DNA from: Octopus sinensis
Taxonomy: Eukaryota
Reading direction: 5' to 3'
DNA: 55,176 nt
Assembly (NCBI RefSeq): GCF_006345805.1
Contig: NW_021835858.1
Coordinates: forward strand, 1-55,176
The notes under the pieces are model-generated. The model did not search any database. It was not told the origin of the DNA and worked only from the letters and a program-made list of their open reading frames with translations. Made by a program: the position numbers and the translations under genes. Of the stretch, positions 1-13,399 are shown one piece after another (positions within the stretch are counted from its first letter, which is position 1; each line of letters starts with the position of its first letter).

Positions 1-714
1 AGGTTAAAGTGCGAATGCAGGTAAAACCCTACTAGAATAAATCTACTCCTTGAAAATCCCCTAATTTAAAGTGCAAAAGTAGGCAAAGTCTCTCGGTTGT
101 GTTTTCAGCAGAGGTATGCAATAATCACCCCCATCCCGTTTTTAAAACTTTTTTTTACAGGTTCCGACGTTTTTTTTAATAGAGATTCCGATTTTTTACG
201 AAAATTATTTTTGGGTTCCACGTAGAAAAATACGGACATTATGATTCTCAAAACAGTGTTTTTCCAAATTTCAAATTTTCAAAAGACTCAATTGACACCC
301 CTCCTACCCCGCACACATACATACCAATATTCTGGATGTTTTTAGACTCGTTCGCTCATTTATGCATGCGTAGGTGAGTTTCTGCCAGTACATGCAGTTA
401 AGCCAAGGTCTCCTCACATGCTAGAAATAACAGCCAAATCACTTTAAAAAAAATAATTATACGTAAACAAAAACAGTAATTGCGGTTTCGAAAAACTATT
501 ATTTTCCAAAATTTCAAACATACAAAATCGAAAATAAATAAGTAGAATAAAATAACAGAACAGAAAAGACTTTACTATATATACCCTTGGTGGCTGACGA
601 TATGTGCATCTCTGATGACGAGTAGAAGTAGTGGGGGAACATTATCGCCAAGTTGAGAGGAATTCTTTGGGGTTTGAATAATTCACCTCTAGAAACACGG
701 GTGTTTCGTTATTA

Positions 715-1450
715 TTACTATTATCACTGTTCAACATTTGGTAATTTCAGGCAAATTTCTACTCCATCATCTGCTACACCTCCGTGGTGCTGGGGTGTGT
801 GCAGGATTGTGTGTTTTTTGTTGGGAGTGTGCAAACTCTTACCGGTATTGTATTGCGTCATTTCCTTCCTTTTTTTTTTTTGAGGTGTGGTACAGTCTTT
901 TGTTGCACTAGTATTTGTAATTGTGTGCTGTATGTGTAACGCGTTGGGTAATCGGACTGCTGATGGTAGTTTATTTCATTGGATATATGCTATATAGAGT
1001 GTGTCGTGTGTTTGTGGATTATTTTGCTTAGGTTGTAGTATTGAATTGATAGTGCCTTGCATAGAGTGTGGGCTGTTCCTAGTAGGGATATTTTTGGGAT
1101 AGTGTATAGTGTTGAGAATCCAGCTATAGCTTCTACGCTTTTGTTCCTGTTTTTTTATCATGCCCAATGCTCCAGTTATTACTGGTATTGTTTTCACTTT
1201 CGTGCCCCACATCTTGATTACTTCTATTTCGAGATCTTTCTCCTTTGACAATTTCTCCACTCCTTTTGGCCAGAAGAACATGCAATGTCTATCAGTAAGA
1301 AGGTGTTTTGTTTTTGTTTTTCAATCCTTGATTATTATGTCTGGGCGATTAGCTTTTATTTCTTTGTCGGTTTGAACAGGCATATCCCAGATGATTGTCG
1401 TTTGATCGTTGTCTTCTACCTTCCTTGGCACATGTTTATACCATGATGAG
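715..1450 (-). mobile_element. R4/Dong-clade non-LTR retrotransposon, 5'-truncated 3' fragment (restriction-like endonuclease region plus 3' UTR)
   Basis: Minus-strand translation WYKHVPRKVEDNDQTTIIWDMPVQTDKEIKANRPDIIIKD ... KLSKEKDLEIEVIKMWGTKVKTIPVITGALG, with stops and frameshifts; short TAA-type tail near 715-725. Confidence 0.8.
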
Positions 1451-1860
1451 TGGAGAGAGAGAGGGGGGTTTCTAGTGTGTTTATCAAAAGGTGGTCGACA
1501 TTAGCAAGACTTATGAGACTGAATGGACCGACTCTGAGAATTCTTTTGTAAGCAAAAGCAAAGCAACTGCAAGGGCATTTTCCCATGCCTTGTAGGATGG
1601 CAAAGTAATCCGGAATTTTTGCGTGGGGTTTACCAGGGATTACCCTAAGTAGATTGCCCAGCGATTGAGTATTCTATTTATTTATTATTTATTTCTCTAC
1701 TTTCTATTATATATCCTTTGTTATATCCTTTCATGCGGTATTATCTTCTCTTGATCGATGTAAACCACATCTCTTTTTGTAATTTTTGTTTTTGTGTGCC
1801 ATAATCGTCCTTCAGTATTGTCCTCCATATCTTGGGGCCTTCTGACCAATAAAAGAAATC

Positions 1861-1951
<91 letters not shown>

Positions 1952-1976
1952 TTGCTGTTGTTGTTGTTGTTGTTGT

Positions 1977-2445
1977 GGCGAACTGGCAGAACCGTTAGCA
2001 CGCCGGACAAAGTGCTTAGCGGCATTTCGGCCGTCTTTACATTCTAAGTTCAAATTCCGTCGAAGTCGACTTTGCCATTCATCCTTTCTGGGTCGATAAA
2101 TTAAGTGCTAGTGAAACACTGGGGTTAATATTATCGACTAGTTCCCTCCTGCAAATTCTGAGGCTTCGTGCCTTTAGTAGAAAGGATCATTATTATTGTT
2201 GTTGCTGTTGTTGTTATAAAATAGGGCGACTAACTGGCAAAATCGTTACCACCCCGGGAAAGATGCTTAACGGCTTTTCGTCTATTTTTTACTTTCCGAG
2301 TTCAAATTTTGCTGGGGTCGACTTTGCCTTTCATCCTCTCGGAGTCGATAAAATAAATACCAGTTGATCTCTAGGGTCGACGTAATCGACTCGCTCGCCT
2401 CTTCCAAAATGTCAGTTTTTGTTCTCTATAATAGAAAGAATTATT
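1977..2445 (+). mobile_element. tRNA-derived SINE family A, two tandem copies
   Basis: Head GGCGAACTGGCAGAA.CGTTAG (A-box-like), GAGTTCAAATTCC (B-box), GTCGAC-rich body and (TTA)n tail. Further copies at about 4327-4545, 11822-12195, 15169-15865 (three, minus), 17618-17832, 18380-18560, 34940-35058, 41825-42290, 44555-44770 and 48915-49110. Confidence 0.85.
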
Positions 2446-2819
2446 ATTACACATGTAAGTTATTCTTTCAGTTAGTTAACTAATTTATTAGTCAACTTGT
2501 TTCTATGTTACGATTAGGAGAGTTAAACCATTTATTCAAAAACATAAATTGCAATGTAAAGATACATCTTGTTGTAGTGGAAGGAGGATGGGGAGAAGGT
2601 GATGTGACACTCGCTATCTCTTGTTGTGAAAAATCCGTCATTGACTGGTTCCGCTCCAAAGAAGTAAAGAATGGAATTGATGCTTCTCTAAACTTTTTTT
2701 CAGTTGCTCCCTAATTGATGTAAGGAAATTTTTTAGGATTCCAAAAGACTAATGAAGGAGATTTCCGGAACGTGACATTATCCGTTATTTGGAAATGTCA
2801 CGTTCGTCTTTAGGAAAGC

Positions 2820-3223
2820 GGTCTCATCATAATATTCATCATCATCGGCACGATGACGACGACGACCATCATTACCATCATCACCATCATCATCACCATC
2901 ATCATCATTACCATCACCATCATCATCATCATTACCATCACCATCATCATCATCATTCGGAGGACAACCGCCATCATTATCATCATCATTACTAGCATCA
3001 ACACCATCGTTGCTACTCCTACCTCCACCAACACTATTATTATTATTATTTTATGTCACTTTTCGCATTTTAAAATATAACGTGAAACTAAAGAATGAAA
3101 TTGTTTCATCTAAACACGAATCTTTCTCTTTACTTCACTGTTTTAAAATATATACAGACGGGGGGAGGATTACAGAGAGTGCAGTGTGGGAGAAGGAGAG
3201 AGAGAGAGAGTGAGAGAGAGAGA

Positions 3224-3254
<31 letters not shown>

Positions 3255-3255
3255 T
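2820..3255. repeat. (CAT/CAC)n and (GA)n microsatellites
   Basis: Direct reading. Confidence 0.9.
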
Positions 3256-5019
3256 ATGGTTGTCTTACTTCCGGCCGTATATGCAGCAAATATTTTCATC
3301 TTCTCCCACAACTCTATACTGTAACTACCACATCATTAATCATATTTCTCTACCTGTTTCCCTTCACTTTCCCCCTAACCCCCTCTCTCTCTATATATTT
3401 ATAAATTGTCTCCAAAATGACGCGCTATGATTTTAAAACACTTCCACAAGGAATACCGACAAGAAAAAAAAAAACGTTTAAACTGAAAAGCAAAAATGAT
3501 GTATCAGTATTAAATAGACAATCAACAAGTAAGACGCCGATTGATTGATCGATCCATTCCTTTCTACTTCTCACTATTCCGAGGGAGGAGTCTTTAGGTG
3601 CCCCCTCCGTAGGGTCCTATCAGATATTAAAATTTATCTGTAATTTTTGGTTATACGATACAATAAATTAAGTACCAGTTATGCACTGGGGTCGATATAA
3701 TCGACTTAATCCGTTTGTCTGTTCTTGTTTGTCCTCTCTGTCTTTAGCCCCTTGTGGGTAGTAAAGAAATAGGTATTTCGTCTGTCTTTATGGTCTGAGT
3801 TCAAATTCCGCCGCGGTCGACTTTGCCTTTCATCCTTTCCTGGTCGATAAAATAAGTTGAAGTTGCCTACTGGGGTCGATCGAATCGACTGCCCCCTCCC
3901 CCAAAATTTCGGGCCTTGTGCGTTGATTAGAAAAGAATATTTAACCATAAGAATATAATAGGAAGATTTTAGGCATTGAATGGCTATGAGTAAAATAGGA
4001 ATTAAAGGAGTCCAAGGACAAAAAATGTTTCTGAAAATGAAAATGAGAAATATTTCTTAACTTAAAATAATATTACATGCAACAAATCTCTAATTTATAT
4101 AACTACGCTCTCATTTATGCTCTTCCTCCTCCCCCTTTGTCTCTCTCACAGTGTATGCATGGAGCGTTCTGTACTCATTGCTGCCACCAAGCCTATTATG
4201 TGCACTCCTCCTGCACCTGTATTTCTTTTTCTCTCTTTCTTCCTCACTCTATGATGTAAAGAGGACTGGAGTAAGCAACCGACCAACTACCAACCAACGA
4301 ATATTTGTATCGGTTATTATGACTTCGAGGCAAGCTAGCAGAATCGTTAGTAAGCTGGACGAAATGCTTAGCGGTATTTCGCCCGTAGCTACGCTCTGAC
4401 TTCAAATTCCGCAGAGGTCGACTTTACCTTTCACCCTTTCGGGGTCCATGAAATAAGTACCAGTTGAGCACGGGTTCCCATGTAGTCGACTCGACTCCCT
4501 CCCCGCAAAATTTCAGGCCTTGTTCTTATAGAAAAAAGGATTATCTCGAGATTATGCATTCTTCATTTTTTATAAGATAAAATTCTAATGAAGTGGACGT
4601 TAAACAAAGTGGGCGCGGTTTCAAATCACAGTAAATACACCACCAATATATTTGTTAAGTAAACAGCTATCATTTGGGTGGAACCTTTTGGGGTAGGAGG
4701 GGCTATTTATCTACAAAATGCATTGCAATTATTTCTTAACCGAATCAAGCGATTTATAAGATACTTCTCGTAAGTTTGTTGATAATAACGTATCGTTTCA
4801 TTTGACGATAATGCAATGGAATTTAAAGTTAAATTTCAAATGGAATCTTGACACTAACCAAAGCTCCATGTTGTGAACACCACCAAAAGATAAGGCTAAA
4901 ATTTCACAGTCATCTGTGGCATCTCTCCGTGGAAACAAAGAAAAGATATTGTGCCTAATTTTTTTGCTTTATTCTTACGTAGAACAGATACAGATGTAAC
5001 TGTTGCCACTATGTAAAAT

Positions 5020-5062
5020 TCAGCCTGAAGATAACGCCGAAAAAAGTTGGAAACGTCGATAG
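5020..5062 (+). ncRNA. Minimal type I hammerhead motif (intact core, palindromic ACGT stem III, mismatched stem I)
   Basis: tcagc-CTGAAGA-TAAC(gccgaaaaaa)GTTG-GAAACGTC-gatag. Confidence 0.55.
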
Positions 5063-5328
5063 ATATACACAGAATGTTTTCATATAAGAGGAATATAATG
5101 GATTATAATGATGTATGAAAAACTTATGTGTGCATGTATGCATATGTGATAAGTATATGTATGTATATGTATGCATATATGTATGTATATGTGTGCATAT
5201 ATATATGTATATGTATGCATATACATGCATACATTTGTATATATGTATGCATATATATGTATATATATACGCATATATATTTGTATGCATCTATATGCGC
5301 GTGTGAGTATAGATACATACATATATAT

Positions 5329-5388
<60 letters not shown>

Positions 5389-5676
5389 TATATATATACA
5401 CATATATATGCATATATACAGAGAGAGAGAGACAGACAGGCAGATAGAGAGAGAATGTAACTACACGTTTGCCGTGGTGATTTCTTTTCCTTCTTTGGAC
5501 TTTTCCCTTTCTCCTTCCCAACGAGGAGCTATGCTCGAAACGTCAAACTCTTTCCTTTCACTGCGCTTCAAACTAATATATTTTTTGTGCACATCCTCAC
5601 GTTCGTTTTATTTTTTTTTCGTTTTCTTATCTGTTTATTTGGATTCTTCGTTTATGTGAATTGACTAATATATATT

Positions 5677-5736
<60 letters not shown>

Positions 5737-6016
5737 CCCGATTTTATTTTATTTTACATATTTGTATTCACTCTGATAAAGCTCCATGTACTAGATCGAA
5801 TGTCCTATAAAGATGACGAATATTATTTTCGAAATTCTTTCGTAATCACCGACTGGCGTTGGAAGCGGAAACGGCAGTATAAATGTTATGTCGTAGAAAT
5901 GTTATGCCATGTTTTGTATTAAAAAATAATCTAGAGATGTGGCTGAATTTGTTGTTGATCAAAAGTCTTCTCCATTTTCTGACTATTTAAATTATATATA
6001 TATATATATATATACA

Positions 6017-6061
<45 letters not shown>

Positions 6062-6510
6062 CGGATATGGATGTATGGTAAGAAACTTGCTTCACAACCA
6101 CATGTTTTCGGGTTCAGTTCCACCGCGTGATACCTTGGGCAAGTGTCTGTGAGTGCGTGTATGTGTTAGAAACCTGAAACTGACTTGATGCGAGACTGTG
6201 CGTTGAAACTGAAAGAGATGTAGTGGGATATGCAAGTGACAGAGTCGCAGGAATGCGACGAAATATTTTGACATTACTTATGACACACTACTATTAAACA
6301 ATAAACGAATTAACAGTTTTTGAGTCCCTAAATGGCGAATACGTTTCTGCAGTTATGTAATTTTCGTATACACACACTCGTACTAATTTCAAATTGATAT
6401 TAATAAAAAAATAAATCATATTAATAAATATGTATGTAGTCTTTTAAAAATTATTCGGTGATCCTTCAATGTAAATTGTACGTATGACGTGGCAGAAAAG
6501 CAAACCGCAA

Positions 6511-6542
<32 letters not shown>

Positions 6543-6764
6543 TTTAATAAAGTTTTTCGACTTCGAAATGTCAGTCTGCTAACTTTCATCGGACAGTCCA
6601 ATGAAGGTGAAGGTAAACAGGCCAAAACTTCGAGGACACTTTCTTCTCATCTTTTAAAATTTTAATAAACACGTACTCTACTAAAATGCATTGAGTAATT
6701 CTCCAGTTTGATGTCAATTTTTTTTCAATTTGAACTTGACAAAAAACAAAATTTTACACACACA

Positions 6765-7170
6765 CGCAGGAGTGGCTGTGTGGTAAGAAGCTTGCTTCCC
6801 AACCACAAGGTTCCGGGGTCAGCCCCACTGCATGGCACCTTGGGCACGTGTCTTCTATAATTTCGGGTCGACCAAAGACTTGTGAATGGATTTGGCAGAC
6901 GGAAACTGAAAGAAGCCCGTCGTACACACGCACACACACATACACATATATATACTGCGGATGTGTGTGTGTGTGTGTATTTCTCTCTCCCCACCATTGC
7001 TTGGCAACCGATGTTGGTGTGTCTACGTCCCCGTAAAATAGCGATTCGGCAAAAGAGAACGATAGAATAAGTACTAGGCTTACAAAACATGAGTCCTGGG
7101 GTGGATTTCTTGAACTAAAGGTGGTACTCCAGCATGGCCGCAGTCAAATGACTGAAAACAAGTAAAAGAA
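6765..7170 (+). mobile_element. SINE family B, full-length
   Basis: Same head, body and tail. Partial copies at about 9880-10100, 16415-16600, 16985-17190, 38822-39360, 39925-40240, 47255-47445, 48541-48703, 49440-49960 and 53198-53760. Confidence 0.85.
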
Positions 7171-7496
7171 TATAGATAGATAAATACATACATACATATG
7201 TATATAAACCCACACGCATACAGAATCACATACGTACATATCTAAAGCGATATCTTACATAGAATGCGTTGGTAAAATGGTAACTCGGGACACATACTTC
7301 ATTAGCTGTGTCACCCCACGTTCTGAGTTCTAACCCTAGCAGGGAAGAATTCGCAGTGAAGTACGTCGATATTGGGATTTTATCATTCTTAGTCAATTAA
7401 ATATTACATCTAACTTATCGATATTTCACATCATTTTATGCAAGATGTAATTCCCGATGACATTATGGTTGATATCCTTCTCGACATATCGTGTAG

Positions 7497-7522
<26 letters not shown>

Positions 7523-7528
<6 letters not shown>

Positions 7529-8010
7529 TAGATAAACTTAGACGTGTTTCGACCAATGATTGGTCCAGGCCATGTCTAACTTAATAGCACCACCTGATAG
7601 GATTATTTGAATCCTGTTTAAGTCAAGTTTTGCTTATGGTCCATTCAAGTAGTGAGTTTTTGTTGGGTGAGTTGTATCCAATTATGGGTGGCTTATCTGG
7701 TATTCTTTGAAGGAATCTATCCAGACTCCGTTTAAAGTTGATGGGATCCTGTTCCTCTTTGATCTCTTTCGGGACAATGTTAAATAGGGCAGGGCCTGTT
7801 GAGGAAAAGAAATTATGTTGTAGTGTATATGTATGCTGTGATCTTGAATTGGGCAGGGGACGTATGGCCCGTGGTCCCAGTCTTGGATGGACCTTGAAGT
7901 TTATGTTCAGGTCGTTTGAGCAAAGTTGGCGGTATATTCTCCACATTGTACAAATGATAGTGTACATTTAAACACATGAGTAATCCACTCTTGGGATTCA
8001 ACACGTTAGA
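7523..8010 (-). mobile_element. CR1-type LINE 3' fragment with intact 3' tail
   Basis: GPALFNIVPKEIKEEQDPINFKRSLDRFLQRIPDKP...NSLLEW C-terminus; 3' stem-loop GACCA/TGGTC and a (TCTAAGTTTA)x2 terminal repeat. Confidence 0.8.
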
Positions 8011-8146
8011 AAGAACAGCTAGGTTCTATAACTACAAAATTAGAGATAAAATTCGACAGGAACGAAATGAAAATATAAACATTTTTGGACTAAATTTTTA
8101 CACGTTAGACTACTGGAAATGTAAATTTTAATTTCCCTTTGATATG

Positions 8147-8186
<40 letters not shown>

Positions 8187-8363
8187 TATATATATATATT
8201 ATATATATATATATGTATGTATGTATTGTACTGCATTACTTTGAGATATCCTTGTTGCTTATTTTGATTTTAATCACCTTACTTTGAAATTGTATGGATA
8301 ATACCGTACTAAATTCTGGTGCCACAACTGAAGTACCATATTCATCAGAATCTGAATTATATA

Positions 8364-8431
<68 letters not shown>

Positions 8432-9320
8432 ATGGGTGCAGTTAGAAGAGGCAGGAATCCAAACGATAACGTATTATTTTTATTCTTATTAAATTCTCGT
8501 AGCCTCGAACGAACGTGAATAATGGTTCTGGGTTCGCTCCCACTGCGTAGTACTTTCGGTGGGTGTATTCTAAAATAGTCTCAGGCCGACCAAAGCCTTG
8601 TGAGTGTATTTGACGGAAATTGAAAGAAGACCGACGTGTTGTGGATGTGTATATATATGTTACGTTATATGTAAACAAACATGTGAGAGGGAGGGAACGA
8701 CTTTCTATCAGCACTTTCACACTTACTTCGTTCATTCCACACCTCGTTCTTTCGTTTCCCCTCTCCACATTTCCTTACCTTCTCTTCATACTCACTTTCC
8801 CTCCTCTTTCCACTTCACTGTGTCCCTGTCATTTTTTGCTCTCGCCCCTTCTTATTTCTTCTGTCCCTCTGCCTCTACATCTCTCTCTTCTCTCTCCGTG
8901 CAACATCCATATTCCTCCCTGTGACTGTCAGATCTTGTATCCCTGCCGTAAGGCTTTACTTCCACACACGCCAGCTTAATTTAATTCGTCCTTAGTCGAA
9001 AGACACCTGTTGTTATGTCCTGTTATTTGTATTTATGTAACATTCTCCGTTTCTTTCCGTCCTTGTTTTCGTATACATTCGCTGCTTTCTTACAAGGAAT
9101 CTAAAGCTCTTAGGTTAGTTTTTCTTTGGGACTGGCCAGATTGGAGCAATCTCGAGTATAACCAGCTGAAATTGCAAAGATGATCTGGGACTCGACTGAG
9201 GAAAGAAAACTCCGAATGACCCGTCCTTGCTTTCTTTGTATCGTCTATCTGGATGTTTTGTTGTCCCTTTTTGTATCACCTAACTGTCTGGACGTTTTGC
9301 GCTCTTGTCCCATTTTGTAT

Positions 9321-9351
<31 letters not shown>

Positions 9352-9383
9352 CATCGGCGTACGTAGTCATTGTCTCTTATATG

Positions 9384-9414
<31 letters not shown>

Positions 9415-9477
9415 ATGTGTATATATAAATATATGTATATATATATATATATATGTATATATATGTATATAAATAGG

Positions 9478-9523
<46 letters not shown>

Positions 9524-9839
9524 ATATGAGGGCGCGCATGGCTTAGGGGTTAGGGTATTGCACTCACGATCTAGCGCCCGTGATTTCAATTCCTAGACCA
9601 GGTGATGCGTTTTGTACTCTTCAGTAAAACACTTAATCTCACGCTGCTCTGCGATCCCTTTGACACCTGACGCGCGGCACAACGTGCACCTTTTCAGTCA
9701 ACATCAATTTGATGGAAGGAGGGAGCCTTATGCGCAGCACGGACATTTGATCGCTACAGACAAGTTATTTGTGGAGGTCGTTCGGCCCAAAATCTGAAAA
9801 CTCCTGCGCTTTGTTCGTTGGAAGAGTCCATTATATACA

Positions 9840-9871
<32 letters not shown>

Positions 9872-10762
9872 TGTGCGTGTGTGCGTGTGTTTGTGTCTTT
9901 GTTCCCCACCACCGCTTCACAACCGGTGTTCGTGTGTTTGCGTTCCTGCAGCATAGCGTCTCAGCAAAGGAGACCGATAGAATAAGTAGCAGACGTTAAG
10001 CAGGAATAACTAATGGGGTCTATTCATTCGACTGAAAACATTCTTCATGGCGGTGCCCCAGCATGGCCTCAGTCGAATGGCTGAAACAAATAAAAGATTA
10101 AAATATAACAGATGAACACATAAAAAGACAACAGAAATTCTTCATTAAATTCGAATTAGAGATTCAAAATCATTTGTGTTCTTGAAATTCATATTCTCAT
10201 CAATTTCTTTCCTGACGCGAAATGATAAAGCGATTATTTGGATGTCCTTTCCTTTCTTTATATAATTCTTTAAATAGTTGCTGTTGTTGTTGCTGTTGAT
10301 GTTGTCGGTGGTGGTGGTCTTATTGCGATTTTTATATCAATTCGGCAACATGAGTGCAATTTTTTTCATATTTGTTTTTTTTTTAAAAAAAGAGACTTTT
10401 AACGACAATAGTTGAGTCGATTAAGACAAAATGAATATCTAATTGCAATAAGTGTTAAGGAAATGCAGCTGTCCGTTTTTTGGTTTCGCGAGCAAAAGAA
10501 ACACTCCTTCCACGCCCACCTCCACTCCAGAACAAAAATGGATAAAGAAGTAGATAAATGAATAAAAGAGATGTACAGATGCATTTGTGTTAACGTTTTT
10601 TTTTTTCTAATCTCGTTTAACTTCTGAATTTCAACGAAGAAAACGGTCAATCATTGTGCACCTGTCATATATTAGCGGAGACGAAACTCCGAAAGTGTCT
10701 ACGTACATATGTATGCGTGTGTGTGGTGTGTGTATATACAAGTATGTATAGGCATGAATATG

Positions 10763-10828
<66 letters not shown>

Positions 10829-11028
10829 GTTAACAAGAATTGTATTATATTTTTATATATTTTTATATATTTTTATTTTTTATTATTTTCTATCTAATTT
10901 AACACTGACTCCTTGACCACTCCCCCAAGTATGATATTTTGCGCTATGCCTACCCCCAAAAAGTCCCCCACCAACACCCCTTTAAAACCTGCCTAAATGT
11001 ATAAATGCCAATACAATTCTTGTTAACT

Positions 11029-11078
11029 AGCTTCCTGAAGATTTCTCTGAATGAAACAGTTCTAGTCCTGTAGAAGCT
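11029..11078 (+). ncRNA. Type I hammerhead ribozyme motif, near-canonical
   Basis: Stem I AGCTTC/GAAGCT; CTGAAGA 11035-41; stem II TTC-tct-GAA with a T.T closing mismatch; GAAA 11053-56; stem III ACAG-ttctagtc-CTGT; cleavage triplet GTA ending at 11072. Confidence 0.75.
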
Positions 11079-11149
11079 CCTTCTATATAATAAATTAATT
11101 TACTCTACTATGTATTGAGTACCTTATTACTGTGGTTAACCCCGAATCA

Positions 11150-11158
11150 ACCGGGACC

Positions 11159-11213
<55 letters not shown>

Positions 11214-11358
11214 ATGTATATGGATGTATAGGTATATGTATGTATATTATGTATGTATATATATGTATATATGTACATGTGTGCATATATATATTATGTG
11301 TGTGTATATATATATATGTATATATATATGTGTGTATGTATATATATATCTGTGCGAG

Positions 11359-11404
<46 letters not shown>

Positions 11405-11820
11405 TGTATATATATGTATATATATATATATATATGAATATGTGATAGATATATATATAGATGCATATATGTGTGTATATATAGATGTATGCGCATATGT
11501 ATAAATGTATGTATATATGTATGTGTATATGCATGTATATACAAATCAGATATGCACGGAGACATACATAGATACATTCCGGTTGATTACTCACCTTTTT
11601 CAAATTTTAGTAGTAGTAGTGATGGTGTTGTTTGTAGTAGTAGTAGTAGTGGTGGTGGTGGTGGTCGTACTAGTAGTAGTAGTGGTGGTGGTGGTAGTAG
11701 CAGTTGTGGTGGTGGTGCTAGTCGTAGGGTGGTGATGGTGGTGGTGGTGGTAGTAGTGGTAGTAGTAGTAGTAGTAGTGGTGGTGGTGGTGGTGGTGGTA
11801 GTAGTAGTGGTGGTGATCGT
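11150..11820. repeat. TA/TG-rich and (AGT/GGT)n microsatellites
   Basis: Direct reading. Confidence 0.9.
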
Positions 11821-12201
11821 AGTCCTTTCTACTCAAGGCAATATGGCCGGAAATTTGGAGGGAGGGAGGATGTTGTTAGTCTATATATTCGAACCCAGTA
11901 TTTATTTCATCGACCACGAAAGAATGAAAGACAGATTCAACCTGGGTGGAATTTGAACTTAGAACGTACAGCCGGAAGAAACCGTGCTAAGCACCCTGTC
12001 CGACGCACTGGCATAATTTTTACTTTTGTGGAAAAAATGCTTAATGTTCTGAGTTCAAATTCCCCCTCGGTACACTTAGCCTTTCATCCTTTCAGGATCA
12101 ATAAATTAAGTACAAGTTGCGTACTGGGGTCCATCTAATCGACTGGACCCCTCTCCCAAAATTTCAGGACCTTGTGCCTTTAGCAGAAAGGATTATTATT
12201 A

Positions 12202-12247
<46 letters not shown>

Positions 12248-12719
12248 CATTATTATTATTATTATCATTATTATTATTGAATGAGAGAGTAGTGCATGCC
12301 ATCAAAGTGACACTGGGGTAAAATATACGAAGCCCAGTATACCCATCATGACTACCCGTCTGATAAGGGTACACCAGGCACATGCATCACAACCATATGT
12401 GCACCACATGGTGATCTCATATCAAGATAAACAGCACATGACCTTGCAGGTGGGGCCCAATTAGAATTTTCTTCTGGTCGAGTAGCCCATCCCACTCAAA
12501 AGGTCCCTGAATAAGGGTTGTTTAAGGCTGTTGAACAAAAGGCTGTTGAACACCAGGCACATGCATCACAATCGTATGTACGCGACAGGGTGGTCTCATA
12601 TCGAGATAAATAGTGCATGTTATTGCAGGTGGGGGTCCCTCGTCAGGTTGAGTAGCCGGCCCATCCCGCTCAAAAGGTTCCTGAATAAGGTTTGTTTAAG
12701 AATGTTGAACTACCTTTTC

Positions 12720-13080
12720 GTCTTATTTTTATCACGTGATTTCACTGCCCTGCCGAGCGCGGCTCTGTGTACCTTGCGTATATACTATGGTTTATTGTGA
12801 TGCTTCTATTTTCACTGCATTGAAAGTGTTTTACATAGGATGTGTGCAGTGCATGGTAGTGCTATTTTCTGTATGTTATATATACTTGTAAGTCCTGGTG
12901 ATTTTGTTATGTATTTGCCTGATTTTTTTCTTATCACACCTGATGCACCTATTATAATAGGGCTTGTTTCTGTTTTAAGGTTCCACATTCGAGTTACCTC
13001 TATTTCCACATCTTTGTATTTTGAATGTTTCTCCATTTCTTTTAGGGAAATGTTGTTATCTGTGGGTATTGATACAACGA
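12720..13080 (-). mobile_element. R4/Dong-clade LINE 3' fragment
   Basis: SKYKDVEIEVTRMWNLKTETSPIIIGASG...GTAHIL-like C-terminus (ORF 12812-13162); abuts an (ATT)n array at 13081-13206. Confidence 0.8.
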
Positions 13081-13176
13081 TTATTATTATTATAATTACT
13101 ATAATAATAATAATAATTATTATTATTATTATTATTATTATTATCATTCTTATCATCATCATTATTATTATTATTA

Positions 13177-13207
<31 letters not shown>

Positions 13208-13399
13208 GATACACAGATAAAATATGAGAAATAGATTATTTCAATCTACTTGAAACTTCCCCTTTCTCCAACTATTTAACATATATATACCCATACATAC
13301 ACACATACATACTTACATGCATGTGTGTGTGTGAGGGCTTTGGAAAATTTCCAATTCGTGTTGCGCACTGTACTCGACTAACTCTTTATTCTGAAGTAT

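Noticed and set aside
594-620. CTGACGA/CTGATGA in family D repeats
   Set aside because: Not followed by stem II and GAAA in any copy
3600-3632. 14-nt match (TTTAATATCTGATA, minus strand) to U2 snRNA stem II region
   Set aside because: Branch-point-pairing region, 5' end and Sm site are missing; too short to call
7540-7577. Stem-loop followed by GAAAC-ac-GTC resembling a hammerhead 3' half
   Set aside because: No CTGAnGA core; better explained as the CR1 3'-tail motif shared with the other LINE and SINE B
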